A program made the position numbers and the translations under genes. A stretch of DNA of 64,000 nt from Octopus sinensis (Eukaryota), in assembly GCF_006345805.1 (NCBI RefSeq), contig NC_043004.1, positions 78,492,001 through 78,556,000 on the forward strand. The letters run 5' to 3'. A model generated the notes under the pieces. That model did not search any database. It was not told where the DNA came from and saw nothing but the letters and a program-made list of their open reading frames with translations. This document shows positions 38,211 through 53,324 of the stretch, one piece after another (the stretch's first letter is position 1; every line of letters starts with the position of its first letter).

Positions 38211-39609
38211 GGTACCTGCGACCCCTTCCCTCTCAGTTATCCCAGTATGCTCTATGTGGGCGGTTTTTTCTATTTTTTTCTTCTTTTTCTTTTTCTTTTC
38301 TTTGCTCCACAAAATTCCTTCAGCCTTTATAAATTCTAACATAGCAGTTTTGTGAAAGGAACAGAGGTGTGACAAGTATCTTATCATATAGCAGGAAATT
38401 ATACCCACCTCATTGTGGATTAATCATGGATAGATTCATCGTCTGTGAGTATGAAATATCTCCTCATATTTCTGGAAATTTGCACCTACATTATGGATTG
38501 ATTCACCTTCTCTGAAGCTAATAAGCTTTTTAAAACCTGTTATAAGATTGTGCATCATCATTAAAGAACTTTGGAAGTCCGCTTACAACCTAAATTTGCT
38601 TTTTATAGAACTATCTCCGATACTTCATGAGTGTAGCCTCACCCACTAGGATGCTTGGAGAACTCATATGTGTTTTAGCTGATGAGAACGGGACACTTGT
38701 ATTTGCTGCAATATTTGCAGCTTTTAATAAAGCTTGTCTTTGTATGAAACAATTGCACTAAAAAAACTAATCCATTCTTGTTGCTTTTTTCTCGTATATA
38801 TATATATTTTTTTTTTTACTTGTTTCAGTCATTTGACTGCGGCCATGCTGGAGCACCGCCTTTAGTCGAGGAAATCGACCCCGGGACTTATTCTTTGTAA
38901 GCCCAGTACTTATTCTATCGGTCTCTTTTGCCGAACCGCTAAGTTACGGGGACGTAAACACACCAGCATCGGTTGTCAAGCAATGCTAGGGGAACAAACA
39001 CAGACACACAAACATATTCACACACACTTATATATATAAAACTGAGAATGTGTCTGTCTGTCTGTCTGTCTGTGTGTTTCCCTAAAACTTTCCCTAAAAC
39101 TTGAGAACTACACAACCAACTTCATTCAAATTTTACACATGCCTAGGGCGATCCCACAGCAATATCATATCTCCTCCACTACGATTCCCTAAAACTTGAG
39201 AACTACACAACCAATTCCATTCAAATTTTACTCATGCCTTACTTAGGGTCCACGTAGTTTCATGGGTAAAAAAATGTTTAACTTCTTGCCTAGAGCAATA
39301 TTATATCTTCTCCACTATTTCAGTACTACGTGTTAAAAGTGAAACAAAAACGTTTCTCTATTTTATGTCAGATCCTTTCACTTTAACAATAAAAATAATT
39401 ATAACAATTGAATTATATGTAGTAAGTAATAATTAAAATCAAACTAAAGTATAATATAATCGTAACATAACAAAAGTAAAAATAGCAATTGGTATAGAAT
39501 TGCATCAATGATTTGAACTTGAATAAGTGGTTTCACATGAATGGGAAAATAAATTAAAAATAAAATTAACGTGCAGAAATGGAATAGTCCAGATGGATAA
39601 TAAAAAATT

Positions 39610-39990
39610 AAATTAAAGAAAAGACTATTGTCTATAAAGTATACAATGTAGAGAAAAAAGATTTGAACACATGGAGGAAAGCACCTTCGAAAAGTGTCTT
39701 GGTGCGACTATGAAAGGTATCTAATCAGAGGCGGTAAATTCGCCACAATAGAAGCAAGGTTCGAGTCAACGGAGCGTGCAAGGGAGTACTCGACTCAAAC
39801 TTGCACAGTGGAAATATTTTGTTTTTACCTTTATATCTGGGACGTAGGACGTCCCAGAAAAAATTTTAAATGCCCTCCACCCCCAGAAGTAGAGGTAGGC
39901 TGGATTGTAGCCACACTTCTATACAAGAGGGAGGACAAGATACAATTGATCGAAATTACAAGAGACGGGCTAACAATTCCAGTCTGTTAT
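39610..39990 (+). pseudogene. Fragment of a Tx1-like ORF1
   Basis: KEKTIVYKVYNV...YLIRGGKFATIEARFESTERAREYSTQT aligns with ORF1 at 28852-30048 (ERKTVIYKTYNV...YITRGSRFGTVEVRFPSEEIAREHSTRT). Confidence 0.7.
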
Positions 39991-40160
39991 ATATTTTGAG
40001 TATTGTTATCACTAGCGATATCAAGATATAACTTTGTATTTTGTATTTTACGTGTAGATGTATATATATATATAGATGTACATGTAATATGTACACATAT
40101 ATATACACATATATGCATGCACTAGCACTATGACCCGGCAACGACGGGTCTTTAATGCTA

Positions 40161-40199
<39 letters not shown>

Positions 40200-40211
<12 letters not shown>

Positions 40212-40690
40212 TCAAGTTGTGTGTCTGTCTCCTACGATTTAGATTCCTAACTACTCCTACATTTTGCGGTGCAGTTTAACCAAAAGCGGGTATCTTATAG
40301 TCGTGATTCATATCGAGCCCTTCTGGGTATTAGCGCGCGTCTACGATGAGTCTACGATTTTTAAAATAATTTACCATTATTTTTTCCATTTTAATGCATT
40401 TTTTGCTATTATATAAGGGAGGTAACTTTCTAAAAATGTCTACGATGAGTCTACGATTTTAAAAATAATTTACCATTATTTTTTCCATTTTAATGCATTT
40501 TTCGCTATTATATAAGGGAAGTAACTCTCTAAAAATGTCTACAATGTGTCAACAATCTTTAAAAAAAATTACCATCATTTTTTTCCCATTTTTAATGCAT
40601 TTTTTTTGCTATTTTTTGGCTATAACTCTCTAAATATGCTTATATAGTTATTTCCTTTACAAACCCGAGCAACGCCGGGTGATACTGCTA

Positions 40691-40692
<2 letters not shown>
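40200..40692 (+). mobile_element. Non-autonomous Helitron-like element with internal about 105-bp tandem repeats
   Basis: tatataaaagtcaagttgtgtgtctgtc 5' end; gagcaacgccgggtgatactgCTAG 3' end; embedded in (TA)n. Confidence 0.65.
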
Positions 40693-40783
<91 letters not shown>

Positions 40784-40789
40784 TTAGTG

Positions 40790-41470
40790 ACTTCAGGCGT
40801 AAGGCCAGACGGATCCAGAGACGCAGGCTGATATGGAAAAGGAGGTTGTGAAAACTCAAGGGTTCTTGAAACAGAGACTTAACGAGACTTTTGATGAGAA
40901 AGAGGGAGAAGTGGAGACATATGACATAGAGGACCAATGGAAGTTCCAGCAGGACAACCTACTGAGAGCAACAGGCTAACTGTGTGGATGGATCGAAGAC
41001 AAGAGTGACGTGGGTGGTGGAACAGTGACGTTGATAGAACTATAAAAAAAGAGACGGGTCTGGAAAGAATGGAAAAGTGGGGCGGGGTAGCAAAGAATCC
41101 TGTCAGAAGGCTAGACGTCAAGTTTATCTAGCTAGGACAGAAGCAGAAGGGAAGAGGTTTGCTAATGTCCTACAGCGTGAACATCAGAGACTTGAAGTGT
41201 TCCGGATTGTTCGACAGTATGTGGGAGAGAAGTGTGTGCGAATGGATAATTTTGGACAAAAAAGGCGAGGAAAAGTTACAAAGAAAAACTGTTGAATGTG
41301 GAGAATCAATGGGATAAAGAGAGCTGCCCTCACATAAACCCAAAAGAGAGACCGGCTATCCTAGTGGTAGATAAGGCAATTAAAGACATGAAAACGAGGA
41401 AAGACCCAGTCCACCTGGTATCACTGTTGAGATACCCAAATATCCAGTAAGGTAGAATACGGGCTAGTCA
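40790..41470 (+). mobile_element. RTE-type LINE internal fragment
   Basis: TWVVEQ/WWNSDVDRTIKK.RRVWKEWK...ARRQVYLARTEAE, typical of the region between EN and RT; decayed. Confidence 0.5.
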
Positions 41471-41489
41471 CCTGCATAGTTAATCAGGT

Positions 41490-41790
41490 CATATTGACCA
41501 GACCATCGGATGTTGTGCAACGCTAGTCACAATGCGCTTCCTTGCAGTGTTGTAGCTTTCGAAAGATGCCACCCCGCCGTTGTCTAGGTGGGCAGGACAA
41601 CCCTTTCCCCCAGCCGCTCCTGAACAGGACGCCAGTCCATCGCATTGTCAACCATTTACGGCCATGTGGACTGAAGCAACTTTGAATAGACTACCTTGCT
41701 CAAGAACACAATGCAATTCCTATCTGGGAATCGATACCACAAACTTGAAATCGTGTGTACAACACCTTAACCATTAGGCCATGCGCCTTC
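41490..41790 (-). mobile_element. tRNA-derived SINE
   Basis: Reverse of gaaggcgcatggcctaatggttaag ... gtgttcttgagcaagg. Confidence 0.7.
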
Positions 41791-42159
41791 GTAGACACAC
41801 ACACATATCCATATGAAAATTGAAGTATAGACATCAAAAAATAATTCTCTATCTTGATGTATTTAAACCAGTAACAATTTTCTCATTAACATAAAACAAT
41901 ATTCTTGGGAATTTTGGTAAACAAAGCTTTTAAATAATCTTAATTTAAATTAATTGTGTTTCCCAATTATGTAATTAAACATTTAATGTCTGTCTTCATG
42001 AAACAGCTATTGAGCAGAATAAAGTGCGCACTTCATATAAAAATTTATGCTTTTCTGCTAAATAAATACACACACACTGTATATATAGATAAAAATTCAA
42101 TTATTTGAACAAGATGCTTGAATTAATGTTATTTTTGTTAATAAAATATGTATACTTAC

Positions 42160-42359
42160 AAGCAAAAATGCTGTGCAGAAGTTGCAACAAATGGCGTACA
42201 TTTGCAGTGAAATAAATCGGTAATACAAGTTGGGTCTTTTATGCAGTCCGTTGTAGTGAGTGCACATTTAGATGACGGCATTGAGATGAGTTCCACGGGA
42301 TTTATCAGGAACAAAAACATCGACAACACAGCAAACAACATGGCTTCCCTTTTGAACAT
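42160..42359 (-). CDS. Secreted six-cysteine peptide, gene B, coding exon 2
   Basis: Acceptor ttctttacaag at 42365; ATG at 42359; MFKREAMLFAVLSMFLFLINPVEL; same cysteine spacing and same 200-nt coding length as gene A; phase-2 donor TT|GTAAGT at 42159. Confidence 0.88.
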
Positions 42360-42444
42360 TTTCACTTGTAAAGAAGAAGAAATGAAGCACAATCAAGGAA
42401 TTCAGCAGACAAATGAAACATTATAAACACATTTACATTCAATA

Positions 42445-43300
<856 letters not shown>

Positions 43301-43687
43301 GCGCTTTTAAAGGGGCGACACTTTTCATCCTGTTGTAAGCTACTGCTGTAGGCAATATGTGTTTTTTGTGTGGCAAGGGGGCGGCAAACGGAAGTCCGCT
43401 CCGGCGGCACACACTCTTGCTATGCTAATGGTTACAACCGTCTCTTTCAATCTGGAATAACAAAAGTTGGCAGGTCAGATTATTAAATGTATAATAATAA
43501 TAATATAATCTAGGATAATCTAGCGTAATTATAAGTGCCTCTTATTAAGAAAAGTCTCAAACTTATGCAATGCACTTCGTCTTTTGCTTCGCTTATTTTA
43601 TTAATTTCTTTGATAAAGACACCCTTTCTAAATACCACAACTCATCTCCACTTTGGTTTATTTTCTGAGTGGCGAAGTGGAGATAAG

Positions 43688-43805
43688 AAAATTAACCCAT
43701 CAACAATCGCATACGAAAATTAACCCATCAGCAATCGCATACGAAAATTAACCAATCATCAATCGCTTATAAAAATTAACCAATCATCAATCGCATATGA
43801 AAAAT
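43688..43805 (+). repeat. About 28-bp tandem repeat, 4 copies
   Basis: aaaattaacc(c/a)atca(a/g/t)caatcgc(a/t)ta(c/t)g unit. Confidence 0.85.
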
Positions 43806-44301
43806 ATTTGTTACTGTATGATCCATGTGGTGAGACGAAGTGCTAGCAGAATGCTTAACGACATTTCTTCTAGCTCTTTACGTTCTGAATCCAAGTCCTG
43901 CCGAGCTCAACTTTGCCCGTCATCTCTTCAGGGCCATAAAAATAAAGTACCTTTCGACTACTAGGGTCGATGTAATCAATTTGCCCTCTTCTCTCAAAAT
44001 TGCTGACCTTGAACTCTGCAACGGACCAGTACCCCGTTTAGGAAAAATGATGTGATCTCAATCGCTTAGATGACATGAAAACCGATAACCAATCCTAGAA
44101 GTCCTAGGCAGTAGCGTAGCTAATATAGGAGAGAGCAAGAGGAGCGATCGTCCTCCAGGTCGAGTACCTTTTTTAAAATTAGCTCCCTTTCAACAGTTGT
44201 TTTAACTCTTTACTTACCCGTATCAGTAGTTGTAAGTTTCATACATAATGACATTGTCACTGAGACATGAAGTTAATGAATGTAGATTACAAATGCGTCT
44301 A

Positions 44302-44529
44302 CAGTAATCTCTCGACTATCGTGGGTGTTTCGTTCCAAACCCCCGCCTACGCAAAAGGTGAAAATCCGCGAAGTAGAAACAGTACTGTACTGTATATTTT
44401 ATTACTATCATTTTTATGATTTGTATATATTTATTTTATTTTAAATGCAAAGCTACACCACAAAGGAATCGACATAAGCTTAAACAATAAACCTCTATAG
44501 GTGAACCGCAATATTGCGAGGCATTACTG
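44302..44529. mobile_element. Tigger/pogo-like MITE with TA target duplication
   Basis: ta|cagtaatctctcgactatcgtgg ... ccgcaatattgcgaggcattactg|ta. Confidence 0.7.
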
Positions 44530-47500
44530 TATTATAACTAATGAAATATTTCGCATAATTTAAGAGAAATGGGTTTAAAATTGTTTCGTATGTGTCACGG
44601 AGCCTTTTTTTATGTACTCGCTGCCACTAACTTTAAAATCTGGTTACGCCTCAGCTCCTAGGACTCGAGGAAAAAGAAATATGTGCAGTGGGATAGAGGA
44701 AATAGAACTGTGGAATATTTAAGATTATCTCTTTCATCTGTTACGTATGTGGAAATCTGGGTGTGTTTGTTTGTGGCGTTGTTATCTAATTCCTCCTACA
44801 TCGTTTTATTGATTTTGATGAAACTTGACATGTGAGTAGAACTCATGTCTGGAAACCTCATGACATACTTAGATTGTTGTAAAAAAAAATTGATAATAGG
44901 GCCCCTGGAAGAGATTCTTATACCTACTACGTATAACTAATATATTAGTTTTAAACATCCAAGGGAAATAACTCATTCGCTCTTGAAAGGGATCCTTATG
45001 TATAGCCAAGGGAAATAGCCCATTCAAATTCGTAAATTATTTCGTATAAATCAAATTGAGTATGCTTATTTCTTAGTATTTGAACTATTTGAGTTATTTT
45101 CGCAATTTATCCAGTACAACAAGTAAATAGTATTTTCCTAAACAATAGATCCACTTATTTCGGTTAGTGACTTATTCACGAATATACCAACACTAGCGCC
45201 GCATAAAAACTTTTTTCAGAGTTATTTACTTTGAATTGTTATTATCTCATGTCTGATAGCCTGTTATTACGTAACATGCTTCACGATTTTAAAATACATA
45301 CCTTATTAGTATTTCATCCTATGTTCTATATACTCTGGGAACGTATTTGTAGTGACGCTATACAACAGCGCGCGCGCGCAACGCCCTTTTCTGATTCGCG
45401 CGTGTTTTCATCACCAAGAGGAAATATTGCTATCGTGGAATTAGCTGATTGGCTAGGAAAAGCGACCCTTAGAAAAGAGGCAAGGGAACGCAAAAACCTT
45501 GACGAGAGACAGCGTCCATCAGAGACAGCAGAAGGCCTTTGATACAAACAGACGTATATTTCTCTCTGTCCAGCTTTGATAGCAGTCGGCCGAAGGTTTT
45601 TACCAAATTGTTGCGGACAACATCGTCTTCATATTCCGCGGCCATCTTTAACCCGTTCTGTTTTAGCGGCTGAACATTGTAAATATTACAATCGATTAAC
45701 TTTCAGCCTTGCGCGCCCAGAACCAAGGATATCAGATATACCACTGATCTCTCACCATAAAACAATAAAGTATATCTATTTTTTACGTCTGCGTTTTGTG
45801 TTTCTTTGACTGGTAGAGTCTGGATATAAAAGCAACGGAAAGTGATTGCTTCTCGCACCCCCAAAAGGTCCGGAGAAGATATTCACATATTTCCTTACAT
45901 ATTAAAAGCCCTTTTGGGGGCTAATTTATTTGAATTCTTACTATCGGGTAATTAATTTCATGTTATTACATAACTGACTTCACAATTTGGGTATTCATAA
46001 CATTTGGGGAATTCCTTAAAACAAGATCCTGAGTAAGACAGTTCGGTATTCTCTGTAAATGCATAAAAACCGTTTTAAGGGCTACATACTTTGCAGTGTT
46101 GTTAATGGATTAGTGAAACATTATGAGAACGGAATAAAGGGATAAGTCCCGCTTTCCCGAGAATTACCGTGTACGTCAGCTAGTATCTACATACGTGAGA
46201 AAGCATTTCTCTAACAGTGTAATTGTTAGCCTGTCGTAAACAGCTGACTTGTTTAAAAATCTTCTCATTTAACATTTACTGCAGCAATTTTGAACGTTAA
46301 CTTGGTTAGCAAAGATTTTTCTCTCACAAACAAAATCTGTAAGCGTTGAAAGAGCCTTTATGCGATTGTTTGACTTGCTAGAAACATCAGTAAAATCTAC
46401 TTCAAATTACTCTCTGCAGTCTTAAAAAGAAAAAAAGATGTATGTATTGGATAATACAGACCTGGATGTTTTATGCTGAATATTATAATGCTAGATAGTC
46501 GTGGCTGGGTGGGACGTCTTTGCTCATAAGTAATACATGTAAACAATGAACTGCATGAATAGAAATCACGAACTAGGTTCTTTTTTTATCTCACTAGGAG
46601 CCAGGTAAATGCAGTAAAAATAGGGGAGTTGGTCAGTGGGGCCCCATTTAAGTGGCCCTTCAGAAATTTAACCTCCTTACGATATTCCCCGAGATTTCAT
46701 GGTGCGAAACTCATTGTCATTGCTCCGATTTGGTCGCCAATGCCATGTATCTAGTTTTAAATGCAGTAAAAATAGCAGGGGAGTAGTAGGGCCCCAAGTA
46801 GGCGGCCTTAAAAAAATAGACCCCCCTTAGAACATTCCCTGGGATTAGGGAAGTTGCTGGTTTGAGTTTTGTTGTCTTTGCACTAACGGTCTAGGAGGAG
46901 TTAACTAACATAAAAACGTAAAGGACAGAGAAACATCACCGAAATTTATAATAGGATTAGCCATAACTTGAGCAGCAATTGACTGAATCTTTTCTGAAGC
47001 AACGCGCGCGCGCGCTCTGTCACTCCGTCGGTTACGACGAGGAGTGTTCCAGTTGATCCTGTCTGTTTGAGATTGTCTTCCTGAAACAGTTTATCTGTGT
47101 ATCGGTTGCTATTCGCCAAATCTGAAATCATTTCACCTGCTAATCTATTATCATTCCCCCTCCTTATCCATTGTCTATTCACCTCTTTTACTAATCGGTG
47201 TCATATCTTAGTTGTTTATTTGTTTATCATCTATTTATTGAGTGATATCCACCATCTGCCGATTAGAGGCTTTACATCATTTCTATCATGCTTTGCTAAA
47301 TTTATTTATTTCATAATTTGCTATTTTGTATCTGAAGTCGTTAACTATACTTTTGATGAATTTTTTTTTTTTTTTTGCAGTGAGCTCCGTTTTATATCTG
47401 ACGTTTCTTAACTATCGTTCTTTACCGGAGGCTAATTTGTTTTTCAATCCTTTGTATTGGCGTTATTGTAACTGCTATTTCCGTTGTCGTTGCCTCTTTA

Positions 47501-47711
47501 AATTTTTACCCTCACTTGAAGTGCAAACCAGCTTTTTTTTTCCCCGCACATCTTCACATTTTAATTTAAGTTACAGTTAAGCTTTGTAAAATACACACAC
47601 ACTCACTCACTCACACACACACGAACACACACACAGAAATATGATGATGATGTTGATGATGGTGATGATGATGATGACGATGATGATGATGATGATGATG
47701 ATGATGATAGT

Positions 47712-48554
47712 AGCCCAACATGTGTATGTAAACAGCAAAATAAAACCATCGATCAAGTTGTCTCCATGTGCAGTCTTCTTGCACAGAGTATCTCAACAGG
47801 TATGACAGAGCAGCACAGTATATTCACTGGGTAATTTACAAAAATTTGGGCCCGCCCCATGATAAAAACTGGTGGGAACACAAACCACCGCCAGTGTTTG
47901 AAAATGACCACATCTTACTCCTCTGGAACTTCACCGTTCTAACTGACAGAAAGATAGATGCAAATAGGCCAGATTGGAAAAATCATACCTCCTCATCGAT
48001 AGAACTGTCCCAATCGACATAAATGTATCTGTCAAGTCCTAAAAACTGAGCAAGTAGTGAGATCTTAAAATAGAGATTGGCAAAATGTAGAACCTCACGA
48101 CTAAAATAATACCTGTTGTCATAGATGGCCTCGGAATGATAGCAAAAGGGGTTGATTGCTACCTATCTCAGATATCAGGAAATCCTAAAATGGAAGAAAT
48201 TCAAAAAATAGTGCTTATGGGAAATGCCCATATCCTACGTAAAATATTGTCTCTGTAATCCATAAAATAATTTAATCGGTAAACATTGTCAAAATACTTT
48301 AAAATGTACATAATAGCAAAAAACCCTTTTACTGTCGTCTTAACATCACACCAACGTCTTATAATCAAATTACTTTTAAAACAAGCTTCTAATTTACTTA
48401 TGTTTTGACAGATATTCTCTAGAACAATACTCTGAGCAAAATCAAATACATGGTACCCTAGTCATAACAACAACTTGAACTTCTAGCTTGTCTCTTGAGG
48501 TCTCTGAGTGACACTCGGAGGCAGCTTGTACAAATACAAAGCAAAAGCAAAACA

Positions 48555-48555
<1 letters not shown>
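47712..48555 (+). mobile_element. 5'-truncated R4/Dong-like LINE (zinc knuckle plus RLE)
   Basis: EYLNRYDRAAQYIHW...WWEHKPPPVFENDHILLLWNFTVLTDRKIDANRPD; flanked by (GAT)n and (AAT)n. Confidence 0.8.
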
Positions 48556-48650
<95 letters not shown>

Positions 48651-48651
48651 A

Positions 48652-48716
<65 letters not shown>

Positions 48717-49111
48717 AATAGTAAATCTATGGAGAGAATTTATAAATATTTTCATACAATGCTACGAGCGTTTCCACAAATCACATGTTTCTTAAGATCA
48801 TAGTCCATATTCCTGGGATAATTACAGTACAGTCTGTAGTAGCTATGGAGATCGGGTAGATCATGTTCATGCATTCATTTCATCGGCTGATATGGCATTA
48901 ACGGATTTTTAACAGAGGGTTGCTGATGAATTTTGACCAATGAAAAGATTGATTTGGGTATGTGGGCATTTCTGTGTGTATTTAGTGGGGAGGGTGGCGG
49001 TGATAGAAAGAGAGGAAGGAGATGGAGGCATTTTGAATATGCATATAAAAGGTATTTTATTATCGCGTAAACGAACTTAAGATATATACATACACACACA
49101 TATACATACAT

Positions 49112-49144
<33 letters not shown>

Positions 49145-49205
49145 TACATACATACATACATACATACATACATACATACATACATACATACATACATACA
49201 CACAC

Positions 49206-49244
<39 letters not shown>

Positions 49245-49287
49245 CTTTTTTTTTTACTTTTATATATATATCTTTATATATATCACA

Positions 49288-49327
<40 letters not shown>

Positions 49328-49539
49328 TACATGTGTAAATGTTTGTCATGTGTTAGTAAGCTGGATTAAATATTCAATCCTGTTTACCTTACATATAATA
49401 GACATGATCAAATTCTAAATACTTCTACTATGACGATTTATTGATTTTGTACTACTAAATATACAAAAACTGTATGTATGCGTACACACACGTACACATA
49501 CAGACAGATATGCATGTGTGTGGGAGAGGGGCGTAAGGA

Positions 49540-49591
<52 letters not shown>

Positions 49592-49924
49592 GAGAAAGAA
49601 GGAAGAAAAGAAAAGTAAAGAAAGAGAGAAAGAAAGAAAAGAAATGTAAAGAAAGAAAGAAAAAAATTGTATCGATCATTTGTTTGCCACATTCATAGGG
49701 TTGGTTTTGTAATTCCTGATAATATAAGAAATTCTGTAACCATAGATATATTCACACATATATGGCTATATCACACCCACAAGCATACATGCAAACGTAT
49801 ACATATACATAAATAATGCATGCATATATACATACATATATACATACATACATACATACATACATACATACATACATACATACATACATGCATGCATACA
49901 TACATCGTTAATACATACGTATAC

Positions 49925-49955
<31 letters not shown>

Positions 49956-49979
49956 TGTATGTATGTATGTATGTATATA

Positions 49980-50023
<44 letters not shown>

Positions 50024-50039
50024 GGTCGACGTAACTATC

Positions 50040-51790
50040 AGTAAAAACTGAAGCAAGGACTATAGTCAAGAACATGATTAGGTTATCGATAGGAATATTT
50101 CAAACTGACAGCTTGTCTGTTTGTTCTGGGAGTGAACCCTTTGTCAGTACAGTTGAGCAAATGTCAAAGCTACATGGTAGCATCTGTAGAGATGAAGAGA
50201 ACACTTAATATCGTTCGTTTATATCGATGACCTTAAGCATATATGGTAAATCAATCAAGCAAAGATTGTTGATCAGATATGGATATCGAAGGCCTGCTTC
50301 TATCTTCAAAGACGAATTGCTACAAGTATCCTGGAATTGGCGACACTATTACATACGTTGGGGGCTGTGTGTAAAGCTAGAATGACAAAGCGATACATTA
50401 ACAGAATTTGGAAGATGTGGAAGTCAGAGGTGTCCACGATTATTAAAACCATACCTAGAGCATCAGAAACGAGTTGCTGAAAGAAAAATAATTCGAAATT
50501 TCATCGAAACTAATTATCCGTGAGATGAGGAAACAATCAAGAGAAATCTCAAAGAATCGTTCTAGGAATATAGTGACTCATTCGGGAGATAAATCTGGAA
50601 TGCGAAAAAGATTTGCCTTACACCAAAGTATACCTTATAAATGCTGGTGCCTTTGAGATTGGTAGAAAAATTTCAAATCAGAAAGCATCAATTTGATTGT
50701 CAGCTATTGGTACAAAGGGAAGGAGAGAAAAGTGAGAGAGATTTGACTGTCGGCTGCTGGGAGGAAAAAAATCTAAACATTTTATCACGGTTATGTTATT
50801 GAAATTTACCAGCAAACAATGAAGATCTGAATATATCAGACTAGCTGACATTAACATAAACAAATCTGATAATAAAAGCAAAACCACTCACACCAATTTC
50901 GTGTCAGAATCTAATGAATAAAATTTTATGAAGCCTGTCTAAACCTATTCCTCTGGGGGGAAAAAGGAGTTTGTTAATGAGGTGAGTTGGTTTTGAACAA
51001 TAAATCTGTGATGTCAGAGGTGCGTCGGTATAGGAAAGAATTATTTGAAGTATGGCTGCGTTTCATGTAGACATTTGATTCTGCCCCGCATACCATGGAT
51101 GCTAGAGGTTATTCAACTTGCTAAAGTTCCAGAGACCGTAGTCAGTGCCATAGACAACCTGGCTTCGTCCTGGGCCATTATCCTGACGTTACATATTGGA
51201 ACAACTTCTTTGTGCATGATCTGAAGGATTGTTAAAACTATTAATGTTATGAAAAAGAATCTTTACCTGAATACGACATTATCAATCGATAAAAGGAGAG
51301 AGTTTGGCCAAGATAAATGTTCCTGTCTTATAGTAAAACGAAGGCGGTCTACAGAGTCAAACGAGGAACATCGCTGTCAGTGGAAAAACTATTTCTTTAG
51401 TAATTAGGAATGGATGAGAATATATCCTTGTGACAAGGAACGTGCTACCAGAGAATATAACACCAAGATAAAAAGTACGATCTTCATAGCTGGTTTCATA
51501 CAATAAATCAGTGTCCTAAAATGTGGAAAAGTTGCAGTTCGACCTGAAGAGACTTCCTGATCTCTGATCCGTGGCACCCTGTCTGGTAATGTTACTCCGA
51601 AGATTCTTTGGACGAAATCCATTTCGAAAAATTATAAAAGTTTTAAAAGATACAGTGATGCAGAGGAGATACTCATCTATAATATATGAAAGAACACTGG
51701 CGTAATGTTCCAGTGAAAACAGGCGTAAAGTGTAGGCACAACAGACCAAACATAATGATCTGAGACAGAGAAAGCGAGCACAATAGCAAA
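50040..51790 (+). mobile_element. Highly decayed R4-like LINE RT region
   Basis: FYIDDLK and FG.DKC motifs recognisable in scattered frames. Confidence 0.45.
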
Positions 51791-52997
51791 ATTCAATTAT
51801 TCAGAATAAGTTAATATAATCCTTTCTATTATAGGCCCAAGGCCTGAAATTTTCGGGGAGCGGGTAAGTCGATTACATCGACCCTAGAGTGTAACTGGTA
51901 CTTATTTAATCAACCCCGAAAGGATGAAAGGCAAAGTCGACCTCGGCAGAATTTGAACTCAGAACGTAGCGCCAGACGAACTACCGTTAAGCATTTCGCC
52001 CGGCGTGCCAACGACTCTACCAGTGCGCCGCCTTGGATAAGTTAATATAATGTTAAAGACAGGAGGAAAAGAAAGCTCCTATGCTGAAATAAAGAGGCAC
52101 CTACGTATTCACCATCTGCACTGTAAATTATAAGGGACTTGAATATATACCTGACAGCTTCCGTAACGATCTCGGGAAGACGAGCTTCACAAAACGATAT
52201 AGGAGATGATTAAGATATTTTTTATTACAAAATGCTAATAGAAATGTGAAAATATCGAAAACATTCCTGAAGCCTATAATAGATACATATACACATAAAG
52301 GAGCGTAGCTCAGTGGTTAGGATATTCGACCCGCGTCACGAGTTCGATTCCCAGCGGCAAGTTGTGTCCTTGAACAAGACACTTTATTTCACGTTGCTCC
52401 AGCCCACTCAGCTGGCAAAAATGAATTGTACTTGTAATTGTACTTGTCACTTTCTATGTCACCCCGAATCTCCCTAAGGGTACGCGTGTCTGTGGAGTGC
52501 TCAGCCATTTCCACATTAATTTCACGAGCAGGCTAGAACACTCGTCGTCGTAACTGACGGAGTACCAATCGCTCGTGTGTAGGGATTTAAACATATACAT
52601 ACGTACACACACGTAAATCAAAATATGCCCATCCATGCATACAGTAGCATGTATGCTTCAAAACATACATCTGCAAGCATATGCATACACATATATGCAT
52701 ACATACATTCATGCATACAATCACGCGTAGTACACGCATACACATACACCCATACATACCTAAAAACATAGTATCACGCACACATACGTACAAACATCCA
52801 TTATATACATATATACATAATCCACACATACAAGTGCAGTCGTGGCTGTGTGGTAAAAAGGTTGCTTCCCAACCACATGGTTCCGAGTTCAGTCCCACTA
52901 TGTGGTGTTTTGGACAAGTGTCTTCTACAATAGCCTCGGGCTGACCAAAACCTTGTGAGTGGATTTGGTACACGGAAACTGAAAGAAACCCGTTGTC

Positions 52998-53045
<48 letters not shown>

Positions 53046-53324
53046 TATGTGTATGTTGTTATATCTCGGGGCGGTCACTTTCTTTTGCCAAATAAACACA
53101 CAGGCACTATATATTCGTTCTTCACTTCAGCTTTATTGTTGTTCTTATTTTCGTGTCCTTTGTCCTAATCACATCTTGGAGGCTATAATCCAAGACCAGG
53201 AGATAGTCATAAAATATTTCACGGACAAACGAGACTGCGAAGCCTTTAAAATCCTTATATGGAACCACAAATGTCGATCATATCACTCTTCTTTAAAAGA
53301 CGTAACATATTTAACCAGTAGGTG

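Noticed and set aside
42360-42392. N-terminal extension MCFISSSLQVK of gene B
   Set aside because: It lies in the polypyrimidine tract upstream of the acceptor; the paralogue starts at the second Met.
43688-43805. Short regular repeats as a CRISPR-like array
   Set aside because: Eukaryotic context and head-to-tail units with no unique spacers.
47030-47106. Hammerhead-like motif (acgacga...gaaacag...ctgtg)
   Set aside because: Core CUGA is broken, the triplet is GUG and stem I does not pair; the motif at 45520-45600 is similarly too decayed.
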